From the IMG/VR virus record IMGVR_UViG_3300028591_000176, positions 1 through 64,000 of that record: a stretch of 64,000 bases of DNA. The stretch is one strand, 5' to 3'. Under the pieces are notes generated by a model. The model saw only the letters and a list, made by a program, of their open reading frames with translations. It searched no databases and was not told the origin of the DNA. Source of the DNA: a virus. Its lineage: Duplodnaviria; Caudoviricetes. Shown piece after piece: positions 27,667 to 38,900 of the stretch; positions within the stretch are counted from its first letter, which is position 1; the number at the start of each line of letters is the position of its first letter. A program made the position numbers and the translations under genes.

Positions 27667-28971
27667 TTATGGACGCGGCGGGTCTACAGGTGAGTTTCCT
27701 GTGCTGGAAATGTCAACGATTACGTGATACGGCGATTCATCAAGAACCGTAGCATAACGACCAATGACATCGGTATGGTAAGACTTCAGCTTGCCGTTAG
27801 GCACAATCTGGTTGATGACATTCAGGAATCCCTGCACCTTGGCAAGAGAGAACTGAATGTTGCTGTTCACCTCACCGCTACGCATCAGCTCTACGTCGGC
27901 GACCTTTGCATGTACAAGTACACCAGCATAACCAAGAGGACGGAGAACGACAACGTTCTGCTTCCAACCCTTGACGGTATGATAGGTGGTGATGCCCTGT
28001 ACGGTCTGCTGCTCGCGGATGATGCGGATGGGCGAAATCTTGCTGATAGGCGAACGGCTATACTCAACAAGCTGCTCCCAAGTGATGCTAGCAACATCGG
28101 TGCTTCCGCCAGCGGAGGTCACGATGATAACCTTGTCGGGTGCATACAAGCGGATATAGCGGTTGACCTCTGCAACAAAGGCAGCGTTCTTCAACAGCAC
28201 GCCAATAACGGTTTCCCAAGGAATATCCCACTCAAACGGCGTTCCGTCGGGAATGGCATTTGCCTCCTTGAACTCGGTCTCGATGATGCGCATCTGTTCA
28301 GGGATGTCTGCATCGGGGTCAGTCCACACATCATTGATGGCCTTCTTGTAGTTAGCCAAGGGGATATAAGCAGCCTGACTGGTGATGACACCGCTAAAGC
28401 CCTGTGTGGTAGCAGTACCACCTGCGGGGTTGGTAAGTGCAATGGTGTTCCCATAAGCGCCGCCGCGTGAGAGCGTCATAGCAGCCATGTTGGACACTGT
28501 AAGGTTGTGAGCCTTAACAAGGTCGGCAACGCCACGGACAAAGCCAGTGACAAGATTCTGGTCGCTACCAAGCTCGCGCAGGCGTGCCTGAAGCTCCAGC
28601 TTTGACATCGAGGTCTCAAACAGTCCCTTACCATACTGGTAGATAGAGCCTGTCTTCTCGGTGAATCCCTCGGCATCGAGCTGCATGGTCTCGCTCAGCG
28701 GAGCCATTGCGTCAGCCATAGGAACGGTGCGGTTAATCTTCTGCCGTACAGTCCATGCGGGATTCTTCTTGGTGTCACCAAGGTCGATGTCATACTCATT
28801 ACCCTCTACGCGGAAATGCTCCTGCCAGAAGAAGGCGTTCTCTTCAATCTCGATGGTGTTGTCGATAAGGGTCTGCAAGAACCCAACGTTAGTACCATCC
28901 ATAAAGCCCTTCTGATACAGCTTCTCAATAGCCTCATCGGGGTTAAAAGGGTATTTCAATGCGTTTGGCAT
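27667..28971 (-). CDS. Major capsid protein
   Basis: 434 aa, strongly biased codon usage, AGGAGG upstream, positioned after scaffold and decoration genes and before the adaptor. Confidence 0.8.
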   Translation of the reverse strand: MPNALKYPFNPDEAIEKLYQKGFMDGTNVGFLQTLIDNTIEIEENAFFWQEHFRVEGNEYDIDLGDTKKNPAWTVRQKINRTVPMADAMAPLSETMQLDAEGFTEKTGSIYQYGKGLFETSMSKLELQARLRELGSDQNLVTGFVRGVADLVKAHNLTVSNMAAMTLSRGGAYGNTIALTNPAGGTATTQGFSGVITSQAAYIPLANYKKAINDVWTDPDADIPEQMRIIETEFKEANAIPDGTPFEWDIPWETVIGVLLKNAAFVAEVNRYIRLYAPDKVIIVTSAGGSTDVASITWEQLVEYSRSPISKISPIRIIREQQTVQGITTYHTVKGWKQNVVVLRPLGYAGVLVHAKVADVELMRSGEVNSNIQFSLAKVQGFLNVINQIVPNGKLKSYHTDVIGRYATVLDESPYHVIVDISSTGNSPVDPPRP

Positions 28972-28991
28972 AATTCAGTTCCTCCTATCTT

Positions 28992-29795
28992 TTAAATCCA
29001 GAAAATACCATCAATGTACGAACGGTTCTTTGCAAGGACATACTGGGGCAGCGGCTGCATACGTGCAATCCAAGCCTGCTTGTTGTATACCGTGCTGATA
29101 GAGTAGTCGGCGTTCTCGATACCGAAGCCTTCGGTAGGCATAAGGTCGCGGTCAGCCTCAATGAACGTGTTGGGGTTAGGAACGAGAACCTTGCATGCGC
29201 CAGTAGCCTCACCTGCAAGGGCAACGTCTGCGGCCGCGTCTGCCTCAACGAGAATTGCACCAGCGGCAATCTTACTTGCGCTAAGAGCTGTGTCAACGGT
29301 TAGGGTAAACTTTTCGTTAGTCTCGTCGTAAACGACGGCAGTCACCTTGGTGTAAGTACCAGTGTAGTCCTTAACGCCGCTTGCCGAAACTACAAACGTT
29401 GCATCTGCCAAGTCCACCTTGTCATTGGCAACGGCTAGTTCACTTTCGGAAGAGACACCGATGGAGTCGCTGCCGATGTTCGGAGCAAGCATTAGATACA
29501 TTCCGACCTCTGGCGCATCGCTGTAACCATCACCTTCAATAACGATGGTAGTGCCGTTGGCTGCGATGTCAGCCTTGGTCTTGAACGAACGGAAAATCAG
29601 ACAGCCCTGAGCTGGAGTATACTGTACCAACTGTGCAGCATACAAGTGGTCAAAGCCTTTCTTTGGATTCAGAATAGTACCGCCGAGCAGAACGTTGCCG
29701 CGCTGTTCACCGTTGCTGTCTTTAACCCAAACCCACTTGCCACCGCGAACCTTGCGCGATGTTTCGTAGAAATAAGCTAAATTAGTTACTTGCAT
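28992..29795 (-). CDS. Capsid decoration/cement protein (putative)
   Basis: Between scaffold and capsid genes; Ala/Val/Thr-rich beta protein with the same codon bias as the capsid gene. Confidence 0.55.
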   Translation of the reverse strand: MQVTNLAYFYETSRKVRGGKWVWVKDSNGEQRGNVLLGGTILNPKKGFDHLYAAQLVQYTPAQGCLIFRSFKTKADIAANGTTIVIEGDGYSDAPEVGMYLMLAPNIGSDSIGVSSESELAVANDKVDLADATFVVSASGVKDYTGTYTKVTAVVYDETNEKFTLTVDTALSASKIAAGAILVEADAAADVALAGEATGACKVLVPNPNTFIEADRDLMPTEGFGIENADYSISTVYNKQAWIARMQPLPQYVLAKNRSYIDGIFWI

Positions 29796-29813
29796 AATTT
29801 TTTGAATTAAGTA

Positions 29814-30449
29814 TTACTTTACTTTTACTTTCGGTATTGAGGCAAGGAACTCTTCATCACGTTTCTGAATCTGCTTTGGCGCAAGCGGCTTTATGTCACC
29901 AATGCTGTCCTGAAAGATTTCTTGGAACTGTGCTACCAATGCCTTGGCCTGTTCCTTATCCTCTTTTTCAAGCTCTACGTTGAAAGACTTTGCGTATGTC
30001 TCAAAAGACTTGTGCAAGTCCTCACGTATGCTTTCCTTGGCAATGTCGATGATGCTCTTGAATTTATTCTTCTTCGCCTCCGCGTTTTTGAACTCCTTCA
30101 ATTCATCAAGCTGTTCTTGCAGCTCCTTCGGGATTTTCGGTTCGTCATCCTTGTCTTTCTTCTTGCCAAGTTTTCTTGTCAGCTCTGCAATCTGATTCTT
30201 GTACTCGTTCTCTTTTTCCTCAAAGGCTTTTTGCTTTGATGTAAGACCCTTTGATGTCGCGCTGAATGCTGTGTCAAGGTCGAACTTTAATGCAGCAATG
30301 GCATCTTCATCATCAGGTTCTACGTCTGGGTATCTTTTCGCAAAGAACTCCGAGAACTTTTCCTTAAAATCATCTGTGAGAGTTTCCGTTGTGTACGCTT
30401 TCTCCGTACAATAGTCGTTTGCTTTCTGCAAAACATCTTCCTTAGTCAT
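29814..30449 (-). CDS. Capsid scaffolding protein (putative)
   Basis: Highly charged, helical/coiled-coil, first gene of the head operon. Confidence 0.7.
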   Translation of the reverse strand: MTKEDVLQKANDYCTEKAYTTETLTDDFKEKFSEFFAKRYPDVEPDDEDAIAALKFDLDTAFSATSKGLTSKQKAFEEKENEYKNQIAELTRKLGKKKDKDDEPKIPKELQEQLDELKEFKNAEAKKNKFKSIIDIAKESIREDLHKSFETYAKSFNVELEKEDKEQAKALVAQFQEIFQDSIGDIKPLAPKQIQKRDEEFLASIPKVKVK

Positions 30450-30491
30450 AGTTTTCTCCTATTACGTTTGGTTAATAAAAAAAGTACGATG

Positions 30492-30524
30492 CAAAAATAC
30501 GAACAAAGTTAAGATGCCCACAAA
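30492..30524 (-). promoter_or_regulatory. Leftward promoter of the head/tail operon
   Basis: Minus-strand TTTG, 21-nt spacer, TATTTTTG. Confidence 0.65.
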
Positions 30525-30528
30525 AGAC

Positions 30529-30549
30529 TTATCGCAAAGTTATCGCAAA
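30529..30549. repeat. Tandem direct repeat TTATCGCAAA x2 (11-bp period) in the divergent promoter region
   Basis: 30529-30538 and 30540-30549 are identical. Confidence 0.7.
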
Positions 30550-30608
30550 TAACACAAAAAGCTATGGACTTTCTAATAATATAGAACAACACATATCGAA
30601 ATAATGTC

Positions 30609-30616
30609 TACTTTTG
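30609..30616 (+). promoter_or_regulatory. Rightward -7 element for the terminase operon
   Basis: TACTTTTG about 28 nt before the ATG; no clear -33 box. Confidence 0.5.
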
Positions 30617-30644
30617 CAAAAAGAAACCTGTTAAGAGATACGCA

Positions 30645-32420
30645 ATGGCCAGAAAGAGAAACGACATAGTATTATCCCCTTTGGAGGATGGCAACCAAAA
30701 GTACGCCATTCGCTCCAACGCAGATATTGTCGTGCTTACTGGCGGTACTGGCGGCGGAAAATCATACGCTTTGTATTATGCTCCAATGGAATATCTTGCC
30801 ATGAACGACAATGCGAAAATTGTCTGCTTTATGCGTAACGTTTCGGATTTCTGGGGGGCAGGAAAAGTGAATGATACGCTGAAAACAATGTACCCCTTGA
30901 TAGACCGCTCTGTAAAGAAACAGCCGCATGACCCAATCGGTGAGATAATACGAAACCAGACGGACATGGGTTTGAAGCTTTACAATGGCAGCGAGATAAA
31001 GTTTCAGCAGCTTGACAACGAAAGCCCTATCATCATAGATAAAATCGCCAAAGGTTTACAGGCTAAAAAGCTAATCTTTGACGAGAGCAACAAGTTTCTT
31101 TGGAGAACAATCACAGCCTTTATGCCTCGCTTGCGTAGTGATTCAAGCGGCAAAGCACAGATATTCCTTGCGCAAAACCCTGAACGTGAATGTTTTCTTC
31201 GCAAACTATGCGGGAAAGGAGAACATGGCGGCGGGTGGATAAATGATGACGGCACTGTTGATAAGTCAATGGATGGTGTCGTTATGTATTTCAATATGCA
31301 AGAGGGTGACGTGGAAAAGACCTACTTTGGTCGCACAAAGCGCGAGGTGTACGAAAAATGCAAAGACCATATTGATTCTCTTGTTGCACAAGACCCCGAT
31401 ATGACCTACGAAGATTTTATTCTTTCGATGGTGTTCTACACGTTCAGCGTCCGTGATAACAAAAGGATGCTGGCAAAGAACAAGGGATATAGGGGACTTG
31501 CTGCAAACGCTTCAACGGCAGCATCGGCATACAATGAGAACTGGAACTATAGCATCACGGACGACGAGAACAAAGATGAAGACCTGACAAATGTTCAGCT
31601 TAGTCAGATGGATGTCGAGCGCATGTTCCGTCCGATGGAAGTTCCGCGTGACTCTGTTGTTGTAAAGCGTTTTATGACGATGGATATGGCTACAACAGGC
31701 TTTGATAATCTCACACTAAAGTATTGGGAGTTATGGTCTCATTACGGCTTTATTTGTAGGGACATAAAGTATTCCACACAGAATAGCAACCGTGAAGCAG
31801 TAATGATGGCAATACATTTCCGCGACAAGCACAACTTGCAGGAGCGTGACATGATTCTTGATGTTCAGGGATTCGGATTCCTGCGCGACTGTTTCCCACG
31901 CGCAATATTTGTTTCTGGTGCTGGGCAAACCTCAAATAGGGGAAAGGCACAGTTCCGCACAATGAAAGACGAGGCTGGCCATGTGGCACTTGAAATGATT
32001 CAAAGCGGGCTTATACACTACGAGCCGCGCCTTGCTCAAATGCACTATGACCACAAGAACATGAAACGCGAAGGAGGCACGACGATACTGCGCCACATGA
32101 TTTTTGAAAGCAGAATATTCCAATTCGGGAAGACACCCAATGGGCGCATCCTTATGATGGATAAGGAAAAGATGAAAACCCTATTGAAAGGAATGTCACC
32201 CGACCTTATGGATAACATTATACTGCTTTGTGCGGGAACAATCTACGACTGCCATAGAATGCTGCGAGAGGATGCTGGCGTGATGAAGAAGAAAGCTGAA
32301 TCGAGCGACATGCTCGCGCTGTTAAACGTCAATGGCGAACAAAATGTTGATACGCGTATTAATCGCGTGAAGAAGATAAGAAACGCAACTGACATACTTA
32401 AAGTACTTAGTACAATATGA
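30645..32420 (+). CDS. terL: Terminase large subunit
   Basis: Walker A GGTGGGKS, Walker B LIFDES, C-terminal RNase H-like acidic residues (MDMATTGFD, SPDLMD); followed by portal. Confidence 0.88.
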   Translation: MARKRNDIVLSPLEDGNQKYAIRSNADIVVLTGGTGGGKSYALYYAPMEYLAMNDNAKIVCFMRNVSDFWGAGKVNDTLKTMYPLIDRSVKKQPHDPIGEIIRNQTDMGLKLYNGSEIKFQQLDNESPIIIDKIAKGLQAKKLIFDESNKFLWRTITAFMPRLRSDSSGKAQIFLAQNPERECFLRKLCGKGEHGGGWINDDGTVDKSMDGVVMYFNMQEGDVEKTYFGRTKREVYEKCKDHIDSLVAQDPDMTYEDFILSMVFYTFSVRDNKRMLAKNKGYRGLAANASTAASAYNENWNYSITDDENKDEDLTNVQLSQMDVERMFRPMEVPRDSVVVKRFMTMDMATTGFDNLTLKYWELWSHYGFICRDIKYSTQNSNREAVMMAIHFRDKHNLQERDMILDVQGFGFLRDCFPRAIFVSGAGQTSNRGKAQFRTMKDEAGHVALEMIQSGLIHYEPRLAQMHYDHKNMKREGGTTILRHMIFESRIFQFGKTPNGRILMMDKEKMKTLLKGMSPDLMDNIILLCAGTIYDCHRMLREDAGVMKKKAESSDMLALLNVNGEQNVDTRINRVKKIRNATDILKVLSTI

Positions 32421-33949
32421 TAAGAGAAAAGAGTATAAGCTGGTATATGGAAGACCCGACGCGGTTGATGCAAATGAAACCTTTCACGCGCGGCGGTCAC
32501 ATAAACTTACATGGCTACGAAGGGAACGAAATCCTGAATAACAGCACGCTAGCGACTGGCTTTGCCAATCTTAGTCTGAATCCCATTTCACAGGACACCT
32601 ACATCACGGAATACGACCCGTCGCTCCATCACATAATCCTCAACCGCATTATCCCACACATTGAGATTGTCATTGATGGATGCCCATTGCCGCAAGGTAC
32701 GATGGAGCTTACACAGACGGCCGCATTTCAGAAGTTGATTCATTCCGCTCATGTTCGCAATCTTGCAGCAAACAAGCTAGAGTTCAACCTTTGCAGCGAT
32801 GAGCCTGATGACAACGAAAGGAAGGTCTTTGGCGAAATCAAAAAGGAATGGATGTGGCGCGAATGTGAGTGGTTTAAGTACAAGGCTATAAGCACATGCA
32901 AAAAGCTTGGAAACTGCGCTACGTTATTCAGTTTCGACAAGAGTACCAATAGGTATACTATTGACAACTTTAGCTACAAGGACGGCTACCAGATAGTTCC
33001 AAATTATGATGAATACGGAACTGAAATAGCACGTTCTTTGTGCTATGAGATTGATGGAAAGGTCGTTATCGACACTTATGACGCAACCAAGCATTACCGC
33101 TGCACACAGACAAGTGAGGGATGGAGCATTCAAGTCGAGAAACATGGCTTTAGCCGTTGCCCGTTGCTTACCAATCGCGGTGCTGTAGCATGGGAATATG
33201 CAGAGAGCAACATTGAAATGTGGGAGCTTATGGCAAATATTCAGGCCATAGCACTAAAGCGTTTTGGAACGTTTGCCCTTGTGTTTACTGGCGAAATGGA
33301 CACCGACTCCTTTAAGCGCGATTCAAGCACTTTGATTATCAATCTTTCTAGCGACACCACAAACGGCAAGCAGTCGGCCGAGGTGCTAAAGTTCCCAGAG
33401 CCGCAAACAATGGACGGGTACTTAAAGACACTTGAAGAAAAGATTTCCCTTTTTAGTTCAACATCGTTCATCACTCCGAAAGACATCACCACATCGAACA
33501 GCGGAGGCAATGGCATAGCACTTGCGATGTCAAACGACTATTCTCTTGCCGTCCAATCCTCGCTTTCATGGCAACGCTATGTTAATGACATGGTGTACCT
33601 GCATCAAGAAGGTCTTGACCTAGAAAATGGCGGACAAAGAAAGTACGCAAAGGTAAGGATAGGTGCTGAGATTGTTCCTTGGTCACTTGAAACGAACAAT
33701 ACGAAGCTTATAAACTTGATGATGGAAGCTCCGTATCTCTCCACACAGACCGTAGTCGAACGCTGCCCAGATGCAGCACCTGACGAGGTTGAACGTGTCA
33801 AATCGGAACGTGGCGCACTTATTAGCCGCAATGACCAGACGGCACAGCAGGCGGCAGAAAAAGCTAATAGCATAGGCAATAACCGCAATGACATCATACG
33901 TGATAACGAAGAGAAAATTGAGGTAGAAGTGCCTGAAATAAACAACTAG
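32417..33949 (+). CDS. Portal protein
   Basis: 510 aa directly after TerL (4-nt overlap); SNSGGNGIAL and acidic C-terminus typical of SPP1-like portals. Confidence 0.8.
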   Translation: MIREKSISWYMEDPTRLMQMKPFTRGGHINLHGYEGNEILNNSTLATGFANLSLNPISQDTYITEYDPSLHHIILNRIIPHIEIVIDGCPLPQGTMELTQTAAFQKLIHSAHVRNLAANKLEFNLCSDEPDDNERKVFGEIKKEWMWRECEWFKYKAISTCKKLGNCATLFSFDKSTNRYTIDNFSYKDGYQIVPNYDEYGTEIARSLCYEIDGKVVIDTYDATKHYRCTQTSEGWSIQVEKHGFSRCPLLTNRGAVAWEYAESNIEMWELMANIQAIALKRFGTFALVFTGEMDTDSFKRDSSTLIINLSSDTTNGKQSAEVLKFPEPQTMDGYLKTLEEKISLFSSTSFITPKDITTSNSGGNGIALAMSNDYSLAVQSSLSWQRYVNDMVYLHQEGLDLENGGQRKYAKVRIGAEIVPWSLETNNTKLINLMMEAPYLSTQTVVERCPDAAPDEVERVKSERGALISRNDQTAQQAAEKANSIGNNRNDIIRDNEEKIEVEVPEINN

Positions 33950-33953
33950 CGTT

Positions 33954-34337
33954 ATGGGGTGGATGGAATTTATATTATCAATATCAACGCTTCTGCTTGG
34001 CACGGGATGGTTGTTCACTTATCGCGCCTATCGTAGAAAGGCAAATGGTGAGGCCACACAAGCAGAAGCGGACGGATGGAAATCACAACAGGAGGTGTAT
34101 CAAACAACAATAAAAGACCTCAAAGAGTCTTGCGAATACATCCGTAATGACAGGAATCTTCTTAGGGAAGAGAACACAAAGCTGCGTGCCGAAAATGACA
34201 TGCTGCGTGCAAAGATTAACAAGTTTGAGGACATAATTGCCGAGCTACGCGAAAAAGTGGCAAGGCAAGGCCGTCAGCTAGATGCAATTACTGGTAAACG
34301 CAAAAAGGAACAAAATGCAGATATTGAAAAAAGGTAG
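33954..34337 (+). CDS. Lysis-cassette membrane protein (N-terminal TM plus coiled coil; holin- or spanin-like)
   Basis: One N-terminal hydrophobic helix, long heptad region, directly upstream of the endolysin. Confidence 0.55.
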   Translation: MGWMEFILSISTLLLGTGWLFTYRAYRRKANGEATQAEADGWKSQQEVYQTTIKDLKESCEYIRNDRNLLREENTKLRAENDMLRAKINKFEDIIAELREKVARQGRQLDAITGKRKKEQNADIEKR

Positions 34338-34938
34338 CCGTGGCGAAGACGTAAAGAAGTTGCAGTTTGCGCTCAATCTTTTTGCCGATGGAATCTTTGG
34401 CGAACTCACGGAAGAGGGTGTTCGTACGTTCCAACGTGAGAACGGTCTTAAAGAGGATGGTATCGTGGGTGAAAAGACTTGGGATAAGATATTCAACAGA
34501 CCCGCTGGAACATCTTACCCAAAGTCACGTCGTACAATAAAAGAAATTATTGTGCATTGCAGCGCGACACCAGAAGGCAAGGACTTTACCGTTTCTGACA
34601 TTACGAATTGGCACAAGGCGCGTGGTTTCACCACGATAGGCTATCACTACGTAGTGTATCGTGACGGCAGCGTTCATAAAGGGCGCAATGTAAACATTAG
34701 CGGTGCGCACTGCACGGGGCACAATGCACATTCAATTGGCATTTGCTACATAGGTGGGTGTGCCGCTGATGGCAAAACCGCAAAAGATACGCGCACAAAC
34801 GCGCAGAGAGCCGCCCTAGAGATTACTTTACGCAAGCTGCGTACACTTTATCCAACGGCAAAGATTTATGGGCACAGGGACTTTGCAAATAAGGAATGCC
34901 CTAGCTTTGATGCAACAAAGGAATATCGGTCGATATGA
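34315..34938 (+). CDS. Endolysin: PG-binding domain plus N-acetylmuramoyl-L-alanine amidase (T7 lysozyme-like)
   Basis: LKKGSRGEDVKKLQ...DGIFG/DGIVG PG-binding repeats; IIVHCSAT, IGYHY, SIGICYIGG, GHRDF, CPSF Zn-amidase motifs. ATG 34315 is the likely start. Confidence 0.93.
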   Translation: MQILKKGSRGEDVKKLQFALNLFADGIFGELTEEGVRTFQRENGLKEDGIVGEKTWDKIFNRPAGTSYPKSRRTIKEIIVHCSATPEGKDFTVSDITNWHKARGFTTIGYHYVVYRDGSVHKGRNVNISGAHCTGHNAHSIGICYIGGCAADGKTAKDTRTNAQRAALEITLRKLRTLYPTAKIYGHRDFANKECPSFDATKEYRSI

Positions 34939-35387
34939 TGGGCGCAGAAGAATACAAGAAGATAAAAGACGAAGGCGAGAAATATCGCCTTGGGTGTGGC
35001 ACTATGATGTTCATCATCATTGCCATGTGCTTTTTGCTTTCTTCTTGCGCCACAAAATCAAAGATAGAATATGTTGACAGGGAAGTTGTAAAGTACGTAC
35101 ACTCCGTGCAACACGACACATTAATAAATAATGTCCATGACAGCATCTATCATACAATATTCCAAAAAGGCGATACTGTCTATGATACCAAGTATGTGGA
35201 GAAGACGGTATATAAGGACAGGATTGTTCACCATACCGACACGGTGTTGCGCGACTCGATACACAAAGAGATAAAAGAAGTGACCGTAGTAAAGAAAGAG
35301 ACACCCAAATGGTGTTATCTATCGCTGCTATGCGCTCCTTTCTTGATTTTTATATATAAAATTAAAAATAAGATATGGAAAAAATAA
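34935..35387 (+). CDS. Lipoprotein with C-terminal TM (unimolecular-spanin-like)
   Basis: Lipobox-like LLSSC after a hydrophobic stretch; C-terminal hydrophobic segment followed by a basic tail. Confidence 0.6.
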   Translation: MMGAEEYKKIKDEGEKYRLGCGTMMFIIIAMCFLLSSCATKSKIEYVDREVVKYVHSVQHDTLINNVHDSIYHTIFQKGDTVYDTKYVEKTVYKDRIVHHTDTVLRDSIHKEIKEVTVVKKETPKWCYLSLLCAPFLIFIYKIKNKIWKK

Positions 35388-35983
35388 GACATGTGTATGG
35401 CAACGTAATGAAGCTTGCAATACCTCTGACGATAAGAATAAGAACAATTTCCGACGGAAGAGAAACGGAAACAGAAAGCGACTTTTACCCGAATATGAAT
35501 TATCCGACAAAAGTTATTCTTGTCGGAGTTGGATTTATAAGATACGAATATGACGCGCTGATTGAAGACAATGTTGCTCTAATAAAAACAGGGACGGATG
35601 TTAGGGTGGGTACGTACCATATAGAAGTTCTTGCACATGACGAAAATTTAGAGCCAGTTAGGTTTAAAGAGCGGAATGTTATAGAAATTGTAGATGCAAC
35701 CGCAGATGCTGACATTGAAGCAGGCGTTGAGTTTAATGCAGAAACATATACGCTCGATGCGGCTGTTTTTTTCTACGCAAAAGGAGATAAGGGAGACAAA
35801 GGAGACAAGGGGGATGATGGGGTAGGAATCACGTCAGTCGAACAAGTACAGACATCTGGCATAAGCGGAGGCGTGAATGTAGTACGCATTACTCTCTCTA
35901 ACGGTGATGCAAGCGAATTTGAAATAAGAAACGGAAACAACCCAGCGATTTCCGTCGAAAACGAAACATTAATTTTTAAATAA
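35375..35983 (+). CDS. Baseplate/fibre-attachment protein with short collagen-like repeat
   Basis: GDKGDKGDKGDDG followed by GITSVEQ...LSNG..SEFEIRNG. Confidence 0.6.
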   Translation: MEKIRHVYGNVMKLAIPLTIRIRTISDGRETETESDFYPNMNYPTKVILVGVGFIRYEYDALIEDNVALIKTGTDVRVGTYHIEVLAHDENLEPVRFKERNVIEIVDATADADIEAGVEFNAETYTLDAAVFFYAKGDKGDKGDKGDDGVGITSVEQVQTSGISGGVNVVRITLSNGDASEFEIRNGNNPAISVENETLIFK

Positions 35984-35988
35984 AAACT

Positions 35989-38900
35989 ATGGATATAAGT
36001 AAGATACAAATCAACAACGTAAACTACAATCTAAAAGACGCAAGTGCAATAGCAAGCGGCATTTACGACTCTTCTAGCCAAAAGATTGTGTTTAAGAACA
36101 AAGACAACGTGGTCGTTTGTCAGATTGATGCTACACCGTTTATTGTGGATGGCATGGTTAGCAATGTAGCAGTATCCAATGGAAACCTTGTTATCACGTT
36201 TAATACAGACGCAGGGAAGTCGCCGATTAGCATTCCGCTGACTGATATATTTAATCCAGCTGAATACTACACGAAGATAGGCTATTTTGTATGCGACACA
36301 GCCGCAAATACAGCAGCAAAGACGATAAATGCGGCAGGTTTTGTGCTTTCGACTGGGGGTAGTATTAAGATAAAAATGACAAATGACAATACTGCTAATA
36401 ATGCCACTCTGAACATTAATAGCACTGGTGCAAAACCGCTTTACTACGCTGGATTGAGAGCTTCTTCCGATAACACTTGGGAATCAGGAGAGACCATCGA
36501 AGTTTACTATGACGGAACTAATTACATGGCCAATAATGTAGCAGGCGGAGGTGGCGATGGCGTTTTTGATGTTAGCGCTAAAACTGGCGATACCTATGAA
36601 AGTCTTAGCGCAGCACTGACTGCAATGGATGCTCTTCCTTCTGCTTATAAGAAAGGCGGAATGAGCATTAAATACATACAGAGTTCTGACAATAACTCTG
36701 TATATGTGCAGTATAGATTAATGACTCAGAACTTTACTACTGATACTTCCAAGTGGCAGGGCGTGGATGATAAGCCTACTAATGGGAGTGTGAATCTTGT
36801 GCAGAGTGGTGGTGTGGCTGAATCTACAGGAAGACTTGTCAGGCATTATACAATAAATAGTGGCAGCACTCATTCATCGCAAGCTGATAAGATTGACGTA
36901 GACATCAAGACTGGGGAATTGTTCTTTGTCATGGTTAGTGTATCTGGTACTGTGTATGCAAATCCAGGTACTTCAGATGTTAATCTAGGCAATGTAAGTG
37001 CTAACAGATATTACAGGTTTACTGCTGCGCAGGACATAACAAGTATAGGTGTTTACAACCCTCAGCAGTCAAGTACTGTGACGGTTACTTTTGAGGTGCT
37101 TGTTGGTCTTGCTGCTATTGCCTATAACACTACTATCAAGGACACTGAGCCTATTGTCGGCAGCAATAACTTTATTACTAGCGGCGGTGTTGCTAAAATG
37201 AAGATGCACATGCCTTATATTTCCTTTGTCGGGATAGGAGATACTTTTAAACCTGGAGATGTGTTTAGTGACCTGCTACCTGGACATAAAGTCAGGATTT
37301 ACATGGGTAGTACATCATGGAACTATGGTACTACTAACACAGTTGCGTTTGTATTTAGAATAATACTTACGATTAATGGTGCTGAACAATATCCTCTTGG
37401 TAATAATTACTATTATAGGTCAGGGTTGGTACTTCCTGAGTATTTTGATGTTGACATACCCTCGACATTTGTTAATGGCAGGGATAGCCTGCATATTGGT
37501 GGCAGGGCTGCACAGGGTGTTGAAGTAGGAGCTATTATAGAGGACACGACATACTATAATACTTCTATCGTGCCTGTACAAAACAATATATCTGCACTGC
37601 AGGGTAAAACTACCAATTGCATTAATGACGCTGTGCATACTATACCAAGCTGGGCTTCTAACAAGTCTTATGCTCTTGGTGACTTCGTGGTATATGACAA
37701 TAATTTCTACTCTTGTCATGTTGCTCATACGAGTGGAAGTACATTTGAGTCGGCAAATTTCTTCAAGTGGAACCTGCGGGATATTATAGAGAAGGATGCC
37801 CCTATGGCTCAGATATGTAAGAAGACATCATCATCAAACTATTATCTGCATAGGATTGGCAGCTATGCTATTCCCTTTAATTTCCACAAGAACCATACTT
37901 ACAGGTTTATTATAGAGGGTCTAAATGGTGAAAGGCAGGTGGCTCAGATTCAGGCCAGGACAAAGTATGACCAGAGTAGCGATGGAGGTATTGTCACCTT
38001 GCTTAGCAACAAGGGAGACGGCACTTATGATGTCAAGTATACGAATGATGTAGAGGGAATATTTATCAATGTTGTTCTGTCTGCCCAGTCTAATACTGAA
38101 ATCCCCGCTGTCTGTCCTACTATTTTCATGTATGACATAACTGCTGTTGCTGATGTCGTAAGCAGTGTCCAATCCATTGAAGCAGACATGCCTGATGTCA
38201 TGGAGCAGGTAGACAAGACTATTGATGTATATACTTTTATTGGTAATATACCGACACAAGGTGGTACTGCCACTGTGAATCGTGATATTACAGTAGAACA
38301 GGGTAAGCGATATGCTGTCAAGCTGACTGATGTTGTGTGGACTGCAGATAATTTGTCTACTGCATACAATGTGTTCTACATTGTGGACATGAATGGTACT
38401 ACACCAGCAAGTTCGGCTATACCTGGCACTACCTTTAACAGACCTTCTGATGTTCCATCTGACGGTATAATCAGGTTTGTCCCAGGTACAAATAAGGTAA
38501 GGATATGTTATAGGGGAGATGTTGGTTCCTCTATGGTCGCTGCTACTGTCAAACGTGGAAGCCTGACAAATACTGTTGACGATATAGATGATGCTGTAGA
38601 TGATATTGAAAAGGATATGCAGTATGTTTCAAATCAAGTAGGCGGCTCTATTGATGTATATGATTTCAAAGGTAACATAGTACAAAGTAGCTATGAACCA
38701 ACTGTAGACCATGATATTACAGTAGAACAAGGTAAGGAGTATGTGGTTATGCTTGCTATCAATACATGGACAACGGATAACATGAAGTCAAGTACAAATG
38801 TGTTCTATATCCGAAACATGAATGGCACAACTCAAGGCTCTGCTATTGCAGGTACTACTTTCAACAGACCTTCAAACATTCCTTCTGATGGCATCAGGTT

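Noticed and set aside
27724-28470. 248-aa plus-strand ORF (and similar long antisense ORFs at 4803-5480, 23929-24453, 39577-40011)
   Set aside because: Shadow frames opposite strongly codon-biased genes (capsid, ATPase, TMP, fibre); no start context or motifs.
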